DNA from: Hormiphora californensis
Taxonomy: Eukaryota > Animalia > Ctenophora
Reading direction: 5' to 3'
Assembly: GCA_020137815.1 (NCBI GenBank)
Contig: CM035350.1
Span: forward strand, 3,038,001 to 3,102,000
DNA length: 64,000 nucleotides
This document shows positions 25,827-37,300 of the stretch, piece after piece; the first letter of the stretch is position 1, and every line of letters starts with the position of its first letter. The notes under the pieces are model-generated. The model saw nothing but the letters and a program-made list of their open reading frames with translations, ran no database searches and was not told the origin of the DNA. The translations under genes and the position numbers were made by a program.

Positions 25827-27063
25827 TTAATTTGAGATATGTCCCTAGGATGGCGGAACCGCCCGTAGGGGCAGTCCCAAGCTATGACGACGATGGAGAA
25901 GCCCAAGAAATCTTCAAGTATAGGAGAATGTTTGGGTAGTACGATGAGAAGTACACTGTTTAGTGCAATGAGTGATATAATGTTGGTAAAGAAAGGAACT
26001 CTGAATCGTCAACGCGAGCGAGAAGCGGTAGAGGATTTACTAAAAGAGATCTTGGAAAAGGATACGGAGGATAATGAGCGTCAATTTATTGAGGAAGCAC
26101 TACCGCTAGATTACAAGTTGAAGGAGTACCAGGCAGAAAAACTCCAGGCTATCACTAAGAAACTCTGTCGTCACATTCTCCAGTTAGGGAGGGAAATAGG
26201 GAATGAGAAACGATTGTGTGAAACTAAGATGAAGAACTATGAAAGTGCTAGAACGAAAGAAAGCCTGCAACTGGAGGACTGTAATAGGAAACTGGAGGAG
26301 GTACAGAAAGAACTTAGCACGTTCAAAGAAGAAGTCGACAAGCATCGGGTAGCAAGGATTGCATTGCAAGGGAAGCTGATAGAAGCACAAAATAGTTTGA
26401 TTGAAGTACAAAAACGTGAAAACAACTCGATGTCAGAGTCTGTCCAAAAGCAGTTGCATGACTACTCCAAGGTCCTTGTACAGAATTGTTCTGCTGCTAT
26501 TGCTCCATCTCGCCTGAAGGAAGCATGGAAGAAGGCGACAGTTTCCTCTCCACCAACAGAAAGAACAACTCCGGATAGAAAGCTGAATTTGGTTATATTT
26601 GGGCTCCCAGAAACCACTGCCAGGGCTACTGATCATGAAGTTCAGGATATCTTTGCTGAGCTAAATGAGAAACCTGTCGTGACCTCCACAAAGCGGGTTG
26701 GCCTAAAGACTGATGACCGAGTGAGACCTGTTATCGTCACCCTTGAAAGAAGGGAATCCTTGCTGCAGCTTCTTCGGAAAGCAAAGCAGCTGCAGAGTTC
26801 AGAGAAGTTTTCATCCGTTTTTCTCTCTCCCGACCTATCACCAGACGAACAGCGAGAGCGGAAATCTCTTGTTGATACTCTGAAAGAACTAAAACGAGAT
26901 AATCCGAATGGACGTTATTGGATTAGTAAGGGGGTCATTAAATGTGGCTAAGTGAACTCTAACCATTGAATTTTAAATCGAAAGGACTATCCAAATTGCC
27001 CACAAAAAGGGGCGTATATGTATGCAATGTATACATTTTTAGATTTAATAATAATAATAATAA
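25827..27063 (+). mobile_element. ORF1-only retroelement copy 1, starting with the SL 3' end, with (TAA)n tail and 10-bp TSD
   Basis: TCCCACGTTG at 25817-25826 and 27064-27073. Starts TTAATTTGAG; tail at 27046-27063; no RT or endonuclease ORF. Confidence 0.88.
25884..26951 (+). CDS. LINE ORF1p-like protein (coiled coil + RRM + CTD), 355 aa
   Basis: Intronless. Coiled coil followed by NLVIFGLPE...KRVG...RPVIVTL...VFLSPDLSPDEQRERKSL, typical of CR1/L2-clade ORF1 proteins. Confidence 0.85.
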   Translation: MTTMEKPKKSSSIGECLGSTMRSTLFSAMSDIMLVKKGTLNRQREREAVEDLLKEILEKDTEDNERQFIEEALPLDYKLKEYQAEKLQAITKKLCRHILQLGREIGNEKRLCETKMKNYESARTKESLQLEDCNRKLEEVQKELSTFKEEVDKHRVARIALQGKLIEAQNSLIEVQKRENNSMSESVQKQLHDYSKVLVQNCSAAIAPSRLKEAWKKATVSSPPTERTTPDRKLNLVIFGLPETTARATDHEVQDIFAELNEKPVVTSTKRVGLKTDDRVRPVIVTLERRESLLQLLRKAKQLQSSEKFSSVFLSPDLSPDEQRERKSLVDTLKELKRDNPNGRYWISKGVIKCG

Positions 27064-28796
27064 TCCCACGTTGCAACTGTCTGGCATGTCAGTTTTGCCT
27101 CCCCAATCAGAACATGTTGCCCCTTACATTCCACTTCGATAACACTTCCTACCTCATGACCATCCCAGGAATGGGTTACCGATCCCTCTATAATCACATC
27201 TGGGCACTTCAAATCTGGGATCGAGAAATATCTTGTCAGTGATGGTATATCCTAGACTATTCCTACCAAGTTACTACTCTATAACTATTGCTTTTGATTA
27301 TCAAATCATATAACGATTTACCTGATGTGAAAGCACAGGAACATGCACTGTAATTCCATGAACAAGATACGTCAAACCAACCACCATTGCCTTTATTCAG
27401 TATTACACATCGCTCATTTGGCTGCATTGGGTTCATCATCGCGCCAATTACTCCACTGTAGGGATTTGTCATCAGGCCAAACCCAGTCTTTGTTGTCTCC
27501 CGTTTTATCATATAGACCTATACGGGATAATATTTATTGGATAAAAAGGTTAAATGTTAGGCAGAAGTTTAGATAACTTACCAAGCCATGTATTCTTTCC
27601 GCGGTAATTTGTATGCCAATACAATTGCTCGTTCTCTTCTTCGTTGAGAATCGTCGGTAGTTGACCGTTTAACTCAGAACAGTAAGTGCTACACCCAGAT
27701 TGGGAAGCTCCAGATGTTTCAGGGAATAGAACTAACAGCTTGACCGGTTCTAAATATTTTCTATAGTTGGTCAATAATGTTAATCACGCACAAAATCTGA
27801 AGACAGTAGTTTTAGCTCATAGTTTGGTGAACCCTTGACTGTCAAAATTACTATTAAAATACATTTATTACCTGTAAAAGTTATTGGTTTTGAGGCAGCC
27901 CCACAATCTGGCGTCTCTATGTGCTGATCACAGGTCACTATCTGCTCCTTCCACCCATCGTTTCCACAGTACAAGTAGAGAGAATCTCCAATGCCGACCT
28001 TACCAAGCCCAGCAGTTGGGACGTACGATATAGTTATATTACTCGAGCCCAGCGTACAATCTGGTGATAGAAAAGAATTAAACGCGTGAACTAGGTTGGC
28101 AATCGAGTCAGATTCAGTAGAAACCACCCAGATGACTTACCTGTAACTTTGTAGATCATAACTTCTGCTATGTTCATGATCAGGTCATTGTGGCCTTTGT
28201 CATATGTCTCCTCCATTACGTTATCAGAGAGTAAAACTGTAATTGTTTTCTCGGTAGTAGCGGGACAGGAAACCGTGTAGGTTTGATCACTCTCAGATTC
28301 ACCATTTGAGTTGACGGAGTTGATAGTCCCACATGTTGTGTTACTTGTAGCACCGATAAGAGAGACCATTGTACCCAGTAGACGGTTAGAATAATATGCA
28401 ACGGTAGACAATCTAGAAAATATACCATTTAGTTTTATAGTCTTTAGAAAGTAATGCAATTTTATTTTGAATGTTTCATTCATGTAGGTACATACCTGTT
28501 AATGATTACCACTTTTTCAACATCCTGCGGTTCCGTCAATTCTAGATTTAGCCACTGTTCTTGGTTACTCAGATCAGAATGGTAAAGAGTGTCAGTGTTA
28601 CCATCTAGTACTTTGTCGGGTTTATTGCCGCTCTTATAATACACAGTCCCTGCAGTAGCACTGGCAACATCAACTTGTTCAGCTCCACAGAGTGCTACAC
28701 CAAGAATCAGGAGTACAACAAATCCTCTGATCATCTCAACAATCCATTTAGATACTAATTGATAGATCAAAGTTAATTTAGGGGTGGTACTAATGG

Positions 28797-29109
28797 TTAG
28801 GTAGGCGGTAGATCTGAGAGTACATGCAAAACCACGTTTTTGTCCATAACTCAGTCATTTCTTGACCAATTTGCAAAATCTTGGGCGTGTTGGAAAAAAA
28901 ATGTGCGGTGTCATGGCGCAAAATGCGTGTTTTCGCCACCACACCCCGCAATTTGAGCCAATTGATATTTTCTTGAGCTCATTTGAGAGATCTCAATGTC
29001 CTCTTTCCAATGAGCCAAAGATTTTGCAAATTGGTCAAGAAATGGCTGAGTTATGGGCAAAAACGTGCGAAATTCTCACAGATCTGGTTAACATTTACCG
29101 CCTACCTAA
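28797..29109. mobile_element. MITE just upstream of the lectin gene
   Basis: TIRs TTAGGTAGGCGGTA / TACCGCCTACCTAA. Inner inverted repeat CCATAACTCAGTCATTTCTTGACCAATTTGCAAAATCTT. Confidence 0.75.
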
Positions 29110-29913
29110 TCTGCTAATCTGTTAATGGTTATGTTTGGAAAGTGTCTCAAAAATTTTGTTCTAAATTTGTAGCAGGAAAAGAAAAAAAGTAAAACTTCAA
29201 GAAAAACAAGAATTATTTGCATTATGTACCAAAGCAGCTTTCCTAATTCTAGAACTACGGGACATTAGCTCTCGTGACTCGTTATCCCTCTCTCCCTCAT
29301 TGTTTTCCCTCTCCCTCCCTTTCCACTGGTCCTTTGCCAAAGCATCTAGCCCTCTTAGATCAGAGAGCTCCCAAAATAGGAGAGCTCCTACCTCCCTCTC
29401 TCGAGAGCCCCACTGCATGTACTTCACACTGATATATCTATAAAAAGAAACCAAGAATTTCTTTACTAAACAGTAAACACAGTCCCCCTTATTGGTTCCA
29501 ATTATTGGGCCACTGCACATTAGTACATGATGATATCTCAGTACTCAGTAGTTAGTATGACTGATCAATATATCAATAGTCACTGATACCAGTTACTACT
29601 GATAAGCCTCCCTGTGCCAAGCTGGGCCGCATGTTTGATAACTTTTATGTACAAAAAGACCTCTCCAATACATAAAATGTTTAGTTGGAGTGGTCTTTTT
29701 TTGGTCGCCAAAAAATGGGTTTTTAGGTCCTTAAAGGGATACTGACATATTCAAATCGACCATCACAAATTTAATAAAAACATTGCTCAATCAAATCATC
29801 TGAGAGAAAAAATGCGTTGTGTCGAAGTCCGAGCTCTCTACTCCCTCGCTTTTTCGCTTTTTCGCTATGGACGTCATAGGAACCTGAGATATGTCGCATC
29901 ACCCCTCACCTTG

Positions 29914-31224
29914 TAGTCAGGGCATATGATGTCAATTTCATGGTGATTTTCGGCATAATTGTTATTAAGCTAATTCCACTTTTAGGAGGTCCTATTAGGT
30001 CCCTAGAACCACCAAAAAAAATGTTCGCGATTTGGTGGATGAAGAAGTTGGGTTTCCGGGCCACGCCCTTCTACTAACTTTTTAGCCTAAGGCATAAAAA
30101 CGCCAAAACTGTGCTTAGGGTAGGAGTAGGGACAAAATCAAGGGCACTAGAGTATTCAGCGTCCTCGCATTAGTGGGGGTAGGTGCTGGAATTAAGTCTC
30201 TATCTCATCTGGTTAATTATATAATTGGATAGTTAGCTCTGCGCATAGCCGTTTTTGGCCATATGGCTATAGCCATGTTAGGAAAGGAGTAGAGACAAAA
30301 CCGAGGGCACTAAAGTGTTCAGCGTCCTCGAATTAGTGGGGTAGGTGCTGGAATTAAGTCTCTATCTCATCTGGTTAATTAGATAATTGGATAATTAGGT
30401 CTGGGTATAGCCATTTTTGGCCATATGGCTATAGCCACTTAGGAATGGTTTATCGACTTTTCATTGGTGCCATTTTGTTCAGAAAAAAATTTCAATCTAA
30501 GAGTTGTGGAAAAATATAGAGCCTATCTCTTACCGTTTTGGCGTTATTTGCGGTCAAAGTAGGCCAATTAACTAATATTTTTGGCTTTTTCGGCTGATTT
30601 GGCATACTTTGACCGCAAATAACGCCAAAACGGTAAGAGATAGGCTCTAAATTTTTCCACAACTCTTAGATTGAAATTTTTTTCTGAACAAAATGGCACC
30701 AATGAAAAGTCGATAAACCATTCCTAAGTGGCTATAGCCATATGGCCAAAAATGGCTATGCCCAGACCTAATTATCCAATTATCTAATTAACCAGATGAG
30801 ATAGAGACTTAATTCCAGCACCTACCCCCACTAATTCGAGGACGCTGAACACTTTAGTGCCCTCGGTTTTGTCTCTACTCCTTTCCTAATATGGCTATAG
30901 CCATATGGCCAAAAACGGCTATGCACAGAGCTAATTATCCAATTATCTAATTAACCAGATGAGATAGAGACTTAATTTCAGCACCTACCCCCACTAATGC
31001 GAAGACTTGATTTTGTCCCTACTCCTACCCTAAGCACAGTTTTGGCGTTTTTATGCCTTAGGCTAAAAAGTTAGTAGAAGGGCGTGGCCCGGAAACCCAA
31101 CTTCTTCATCCACCAAATCGCGAACATTTTTTTTGGTGGTTCTAGGGACCCAATAGGACCTCCTAGAAGTGGAATTAGCTTTATAACAATTATGCCGAAA
31201 ATCTACCATCATATGCCCTGACTA
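29914..31224. mobile_element. Nested ~1.3-kb foldback palindrome
   Basis: TAGTCAGGGCATATGATG mirrors CATCATATGCCCTGACTA. Centre near 30590; each arm contains a ~170-bp internal duplication. Confidence 0.85.
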
Positions 31225-32363
31225 TTGGCTATAGTGGTACATGTACATGCGGGCTTTGGTGGAAGCATTAGGGTGAGCTTCATAAAACAGTCTTAGTCCA
31301 ACCGACATACACGGAATCCGGTGATTAGTTTCTAACCGATCACAACGTCAAGGCTGGGTGCATGCATGTTGTCCCGGGTTCCGTGCCGGATCCTGAACTG
31401 TATCCGACGTGGAGGGATTTTGGAAGAAGGGAGAGATGCGTAGAGTAGAAGAGAGATTTTGAAAGAGCTTAGCCTGATCCGAGAGGTCCCCATGATGACT
31501 CGAGGACAGTCGGGGGAATCAGGCTAGCTGAAAGTAAATCCAGAGCTTCTCAGTCGACTCTCTGTGAACTTGAACTGTGACATAAGGCAGCCTGTAACAG
31601 TAGAGGGTTAAGGTATAGGGAAATAGGGAAATGGAAGGTGAAGGGTATGGATAAATTGTATGAATATTCTACTCCCTCTACTTCTCAAGATATAGGGTCC
31701 CAAATATTAACACCCACTTATTGGTTTGGGTAAGAGGAGGAGACCAGCATTACAGATTACAGGTAAACACGAGCCTGTTTTTTTTTCGTATCTTCTCCGC
31801 ATCCATAGTTTTGCAAGGAGTTAACCTTTGTTTCTGTATCTCAAGGGCTGCCTTACAAAACATGAATTCACCGCGCCCCATCTTGCCCTCTGTCTTTTCG
31901 ACACGAACGCTGCACAGCCCTGCTCTCGTCACATGAGTATAGACTGCTAATTGAATATCAACGTTGATGGTTGCTCTTCAATCAAGAGTCGCACGAGAGA
32001 GCAGCGTGGTTGTACAGCTAGACAACATAGTTTGGGATGGCATTAGTTCCGACGGCACAACCTTATACAGCGCTTACCAGCGCGGGGTGAACCTGCTAGG
32101 GCCGTCCCGACCACTCTCTTTTTACAGAAAGAGCCTAAATTTTACGAGCTACAATCACTAATGTGGGTCGGGACTGCACCCTAGCAGGTGTAATTGATAT
32201 AAGAAGGAGAGGAGACATAGACAGAGACAGAAAAAGAGAACGGATAAATTCAATATACACAATGTATAAAGACAAGATCCGATCCCGGCTGGCTCCTACT
32301 GACATATATTAACAATATTATAATAATATCATTATGACAGTAGCGAGAGGGAGAAAGGTAAAG

Positions 32364-32405
<42 letters not shown>

Positions 32406-32983
32406 GATAGAGATAGAGATAGAGAGATAGAGAGATAGAGAGATAGAGAGATAGAGAGATAGAGAGATAGAGAGATAGAGAGATACTAGATAGAGAGATA
32501 GAGAAATAGCCTGTTTATATGTCATTATCTCAGCTACTACACATGCGATTTTGACCGGGTTTTTTCTGAAAACTTTTAGACCACTTCTAGTTTTCGATTT
32601 TGGTTTCCGTTTGTCTCTAGTCTTGTCATGAATAGCTAGAACTATAACTAAGCAAGACCATGATTTATTTGAAATGTATGCTTTCTTAGAACGATATTAT
32701 CATGTCAATCAGATTTTGCTGGATTTGCTCAATTATTCACACTAATTGTTAATATTTAGCCCATAGTCAATAACAAAGTCAAAAGTTACTAACTATTCAG
32801 CCCTGAAATGAATATTGTATCCCTAAATGTCTGTTTGTGTTGTCCAAACTTGCTACAAATCATTAAATATAGTTTACTACCTACTTCCTCCAGCAACAGA
32901 TATCATATTGATTCTAGTTTGTGTTGAACGTAATAATTGCTTGCTTATAATTGATAGAGTATTCTCTCTCAGATTGATATTTC

Positions 32984-33229
32984 ATGGTTCGTAATTGTGC
33001 TGTTGGAGGATGCTCGAACTCCACTACCGCCAAGCCTACCCGCCATGTGTTTATGAAATTCTACAAGTCTCCAGATCTTAGTGCTAGTGATCAGAAGCTT
33101 CGTGAAACATGGGACAAGCGAATTAATCGACTGCCCATTCATGTTAAAACCAGGAAATTTTATGAGGTGTGCAGAGAACATTTTTCCCCGGAGCAATTCA
33201 ATCCCTCAGAATACCGCATTACCGGTTAA
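32984..33229 (+). CDS. THAP zinc-finger domain ORF (81 aa), probably a transposase remnant
   Basis: MVRNCAVGGCSN...F..F...W...I.R...VCREHF matches the C2CH THAP signature. Confidence 0.8.
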   Translation: MVRNCAVGGCSNSTTAKPTRHVFMKFYKSPDLSASDQKLRETWDKRINRLPIHVKTRKFYEVCREHFSPEQFNPSEYRITG

Positions 33230-33573
33230 AAATGCGGTAATACGCACCGAGATATAAGTCAAAACATTGCACTCCAGTTCACCTCAAACTTCAAAGTTTG
33301 TTTGTTTATTTACGGTTTTTTTCCGGTCATTCTGATAAATCATCATCAAATACTAAACGTTTAAATCATTTCTGACTTTCAGAAAAAAATCTGGTCAAAA
33401 TCGTGCATGTGAAAGTTGAGATATTGACCGATAAACAGACTCGTGTTTACATGTAATTTGCAATACGGCTCTCCCTCTATACCCTAACCAATTAAGAAGT
33501 GATAAAAGGTGGGGCCCATATATCTTGAGAACGAGAGGGAGTAGAGAGTTCGCACTTCGACTCATCGTATTTT

Positions 33574-34117
33574 TGGGGGGGGGGGGGGTGCAGCCCAAAA
33601 AAAACCAACCATACCCTGGATTTTCAAAAGTGTTGATTTTTTTTGGTCGTTTTTGATTTTTTTTTGATTTTTTTTGATCTTTTTTGATTTTTTTAAATTT
33701 TTTTTGATCTTTTTTGATTTTTTTTGATCTTTTTTGATTTTTTTTGATCTTTTTTGATTTTTTTTGATCGTTTTTGATTTTTTTTGAATTTTTTTGATCG
33801 TTTTTGATTTTATTTGATCGTTTTTGATTTTTTTTAAACTTTTTGTTCAACATTAAACAATCAAAAAAAATCAAAAACGATCAAAAAAATTCAAAAACGA
33901 TCAAAAAAATTCAAAAAAAATCAAAAACGATCAAAAAAAATCAAAAACGATCAAAAAAAAACAAAAACGACCAAAAAAAAATCAAAAACGACCAAAAAAA
34001 ATCAAAGAAATTTCAACCAAAAACGACCAAAAACGACCAAAAAAAACCAACCATACCCTGGGTTTCGGAAAAAGTTTGAATTTTTTTGGGGCTGCACCCC
34101 CCCCCCCCCCCCCCCCC
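33574..34117. repeat. Inverted-repeat element with G-rich TIRs and opposing ~10-bp satellite arms (TTTTTTTGAT / ATCAAAAAAA)
   Basis: GGGGGGTGCAGCCC...GGGCTGCACCCCCC termini. The T-rich arm flips to an A-rich arm near 33850. Confidence 0.85.
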
Positions 34118-34324
34118 ATTTTTATCTCCCAACCAGTTACTGAATATGTCAGTATCCCTTTAATATAAAATTTTTGAATATGTCAGTATCCCTTAAATAT
34201 AAAGTCATTGAGATATCACATGTCCTAGCTCTTACATTGGTGCTTCCAGAACTCCTCCCCGCTTGCTACTGAGAGCAGTAACTAAATATCCCCTTCCTGT
34301 AGAGTTTAGGATGTTATAGACGGA

Positions 34325-37300
34325 ATGGCAGATCATATCATTAGGATAATTAAGAGGGGCGGTGCGGATGGAGTTAAGTATCCTGTCAACAAACAAGATA
34401 TTACATTTGGAACGTGAGTTGTAGAACATCGAGTATTTTTCTTCTATCTTCAAATTTAAGTTTATATAAAATTGAGAGGATTTCTCACCAGCTAGATCTG
34501 CACATGGATTCAACACCCCTAATCAGCTTAATGACATTATTTTCCCTTCAGAGATGCAAAGTGTGATATCAGAGTTAGGATACCCAATGTTGAAGGACTG
34601 CACATGAGGGTTCACTTCCCTGAGAATGGGGTAAGAATTCAGGAAACTGATTTGGGCGGGAATTTGGGGTGCGGAGGCTGGAGGGAAACTAGCCCGAATG
34701 GCGAATAATCCGGATGGGGGAATATATGGTTGCTGCATCAGTGTATTATTCGCCAGGGGGAGTTTCCTGCTTGTGTAGTGTGTGTAAGAGAGCTAAGAGA
34801 GAGGGAGGGGGCTGGTTACACGGGGCATGATCTAGCAAGTTTTAGTGGGGTATCAAACATCGCCCTACATATTATGTTTTATTTAACTAACCCTCCCTTT
34901 CTTAACAGGGTAATGTGAGTATTCACAACTACAGTATTGATCACCCTGTATTTGTTAATGGGAAGGAAGTGTACGATCAACTCCCTCTGCAGTCAGGAGA
35001 TGTCTTCACTATTATTGACCGGAGTTTCAGATACGAACTGGCGGCACCACCTCCCCCATGATATTTGTAAGTATCTTGTAGCTCAGTAATGTAGATGAAT
35101 TATGTATGAGTGTACTTACATTCTTTGTGTGTGTGTGACACACTGAAAAACAGGGCGGCAGATTTTTTGAATTGTTTGAGGTGGTTTGTAGCGCGCGCGC
35201 TGTAACCTCCCTGTATAGAGGTGGGTGAATTTCGGTTGTCAGCACTTGAAGCCCGAGTTGGCGCTAAAATTTGTTGTCCTGCGCGGCTTCCCACGTAGCT
35301 TTGTCTGTGTTTGTTCCTTGTGTGTGTGTAAACCGACCCTCTCCTCTCACAGGACGAGAAAGAAAACGAGATGACTCCTCCGCCAAAACCTCGAAAGAGT
35401 AAGATCATGTTTGGTCCCGAGTTGACTCCCGAGGAATTCGACAAGAAGTTACCCGTAGTGAAACCGATATCCAAGGGTCGTACACCACCTCGCCGATCCT
35501 CTACAGGATACTCTATTCTAAAGGGGGCTGAGAGGACCAAAACAGCAGGAGTTCTGGGGGAGGAAGAAGGGTCCCCTGAGGATCTGGGAGAACCGGGTAC
35601 CCCTACTAAGACACCCGGTGAAATTCCACGGTTCAACCTAGACAAGAGTATACGAGAGGAGGAAGAAGCTGCTTCAAATATAGAACCTGTAAAGGAGTCA
35701 ATAGAGGAAGATATTCCCCCTCCTGCAGACGAGGAAACTACAAACTCTGCAGAGGAACACGTCCCACAGCCCGCAGAGGAACTAATCCCAGCACCGGCAG
35801 AATCCAGTGCATCCCCAGTAATAGCTGCCCCGAGAGTGAGCGATATCAGCAGTGCAGCGTCGAGTGAAGACAACATTGTAATCTACGATACGACAACTTC
35901 TGATGCTGACCAGCAGCTAAACTGTACAATTGATGATTTTCTGGTGGGGGGAGACAAGTCCCTTAACCAGACCCGCAAATCTGATGTTATTCCCCTTGAG
36001 ACGAGTAACCTGAATACCACAACAAGCGATGGTGGTAACACAACACAAAGTACTGACAATATTATAATTTACCACACTGATGAAGAGGAGGGGGGAGAAG
36101 GAGGAGAGACCCCAGATCTAGATGCAACAAGACTAGAGGATGCTGATGTGACGCGATGTGAGGCATCCATCCTAACTGAGCCCCCTGTTAACACCACTAT
36201 AGATGACTTCATGGCTGAGGGTGGGGGTGCATCTGCTGCAAATACCCCCGACCAAGCTGCAAGGAGGAAGAGTGTCAGGTTTGGTCCATCTCTGACCCCT
36301 GAAATGTATGACAAGGCGCTCCCCGCTAACACCCCCGTCCGGAAGGGAGGTCTACCCGGGAGGTACTCTGTTCCCAACCCCCAGCTAAGTGCAGGGAGGA
36401 CCCCAATGAGGAAAACAATTGCTACATGTCCGGAGCCGGTAGGGAAGCTTAAGCTGGACGACAGTTTTGAGTCAATGGGATCCTTTGCATCCATGGGATC
36501 CCTGGACTCAGCTAACCAGGAGGGAGAGGAGAAGGCGAGGACAACTAGGAGACGCTCCATGACCCCCAAGGAGGTGAAGGCTAACGTGATATGGGCTGAT
36601 GTAAAAGAGGTACACACTGATTCCCCCATCATTACCACAACCCCAAAGATACCTCGAGCAAAGATAAATGACGTTCTGGTAAGAGGCGTTTAGTTTTTAC
36701 ACGGGGGGGGGGGGGGGGGGCTTTGACACAGTTTTGCTTACATAATTTTTTTTGGATTGTTGTATTGATTATAAAACAGTTCTAATAACCCCACCCCCTT
36801 TACCAGGCAGAAGAAGATACTCCAGATTGTACACCGGAGAGCAGTCCCCAGCCGGAACAAAAGGTGTTTGGAAAACTAGCTAACTCAGCCAAGACACCTG
36901 TGTCTGCTAAAATTACAAATCCTGCTGAGTGCCGAGCTTCCCCTCCAACACCCCTGCCCTTCAAGTTAGTTAAAACTTCGATTTTCTAACACTGATTTTT
37001 AGTACTTAGTACGTTTTTTCCCGGGAGAGAAAGGTCTATAACACTTGATGTACCGAACCCTCACAGAGCGTGCTCGCTTTGTTATGAAATAAAATGACGG
37101 TGTGAGCCACACAATATAACACTGAAAATCCTTTCAGTCGGCCGGCCCTGAATAAACCAGAGAGTCTTCATTTGGCTCTACAGAAGGCTGCGGCTAAGAA
37201 GGCTATGATCGAACAGTCCCAAGTCAAGGTAAATATAAGCAGGATCAGTTTAGCTCATAATTTCTGTGATAATTATATGCCTAACTTTGGGGGATTTCTA

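Larger units (their letters stand above)
25455..28734 (-). pseudogene. Secreted F-type lectin (F5/8C) + sushi-like + C-type lectin + sushi protein; this copy is interrupted by a retroelement
   Basis: Signal peptide MIRGFVVLLILGVALCGA. F-type lectin motif LDGNTDTLYHS...WLNLEL...VVIINR...RL. CTLD WLG...WVWPD...CV...WFDVSC. Sushi exon CPDVIIEG...ECKGQHVLIGEAKLTCQ is split at 25827-27063 and resumes WSSDLPTCKKL|GTAAGT. Candidate last exon 25555-25455. Confidence 0.75.
29735..34193. mobile_element. Kolobok-like DNA transposon derivative (TTAA TSD, AGGG...CCCT TIRs) with THAP ORF and nested inserts
   Basis: TTAA|AGGGATACTGACATATTCA at 29731-29753 and TGAATATGTCAGTATCCCT|TTAA at 34141-34163, with a second right-TIR copy at 34173-34193. 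No intact DDE ORF seen. Confidence 0.7.

Noticed and set aside
33395-34079. Lys-rich ORFs on both strands
   Set aside because: Translations of A/T-rich satellite arms.
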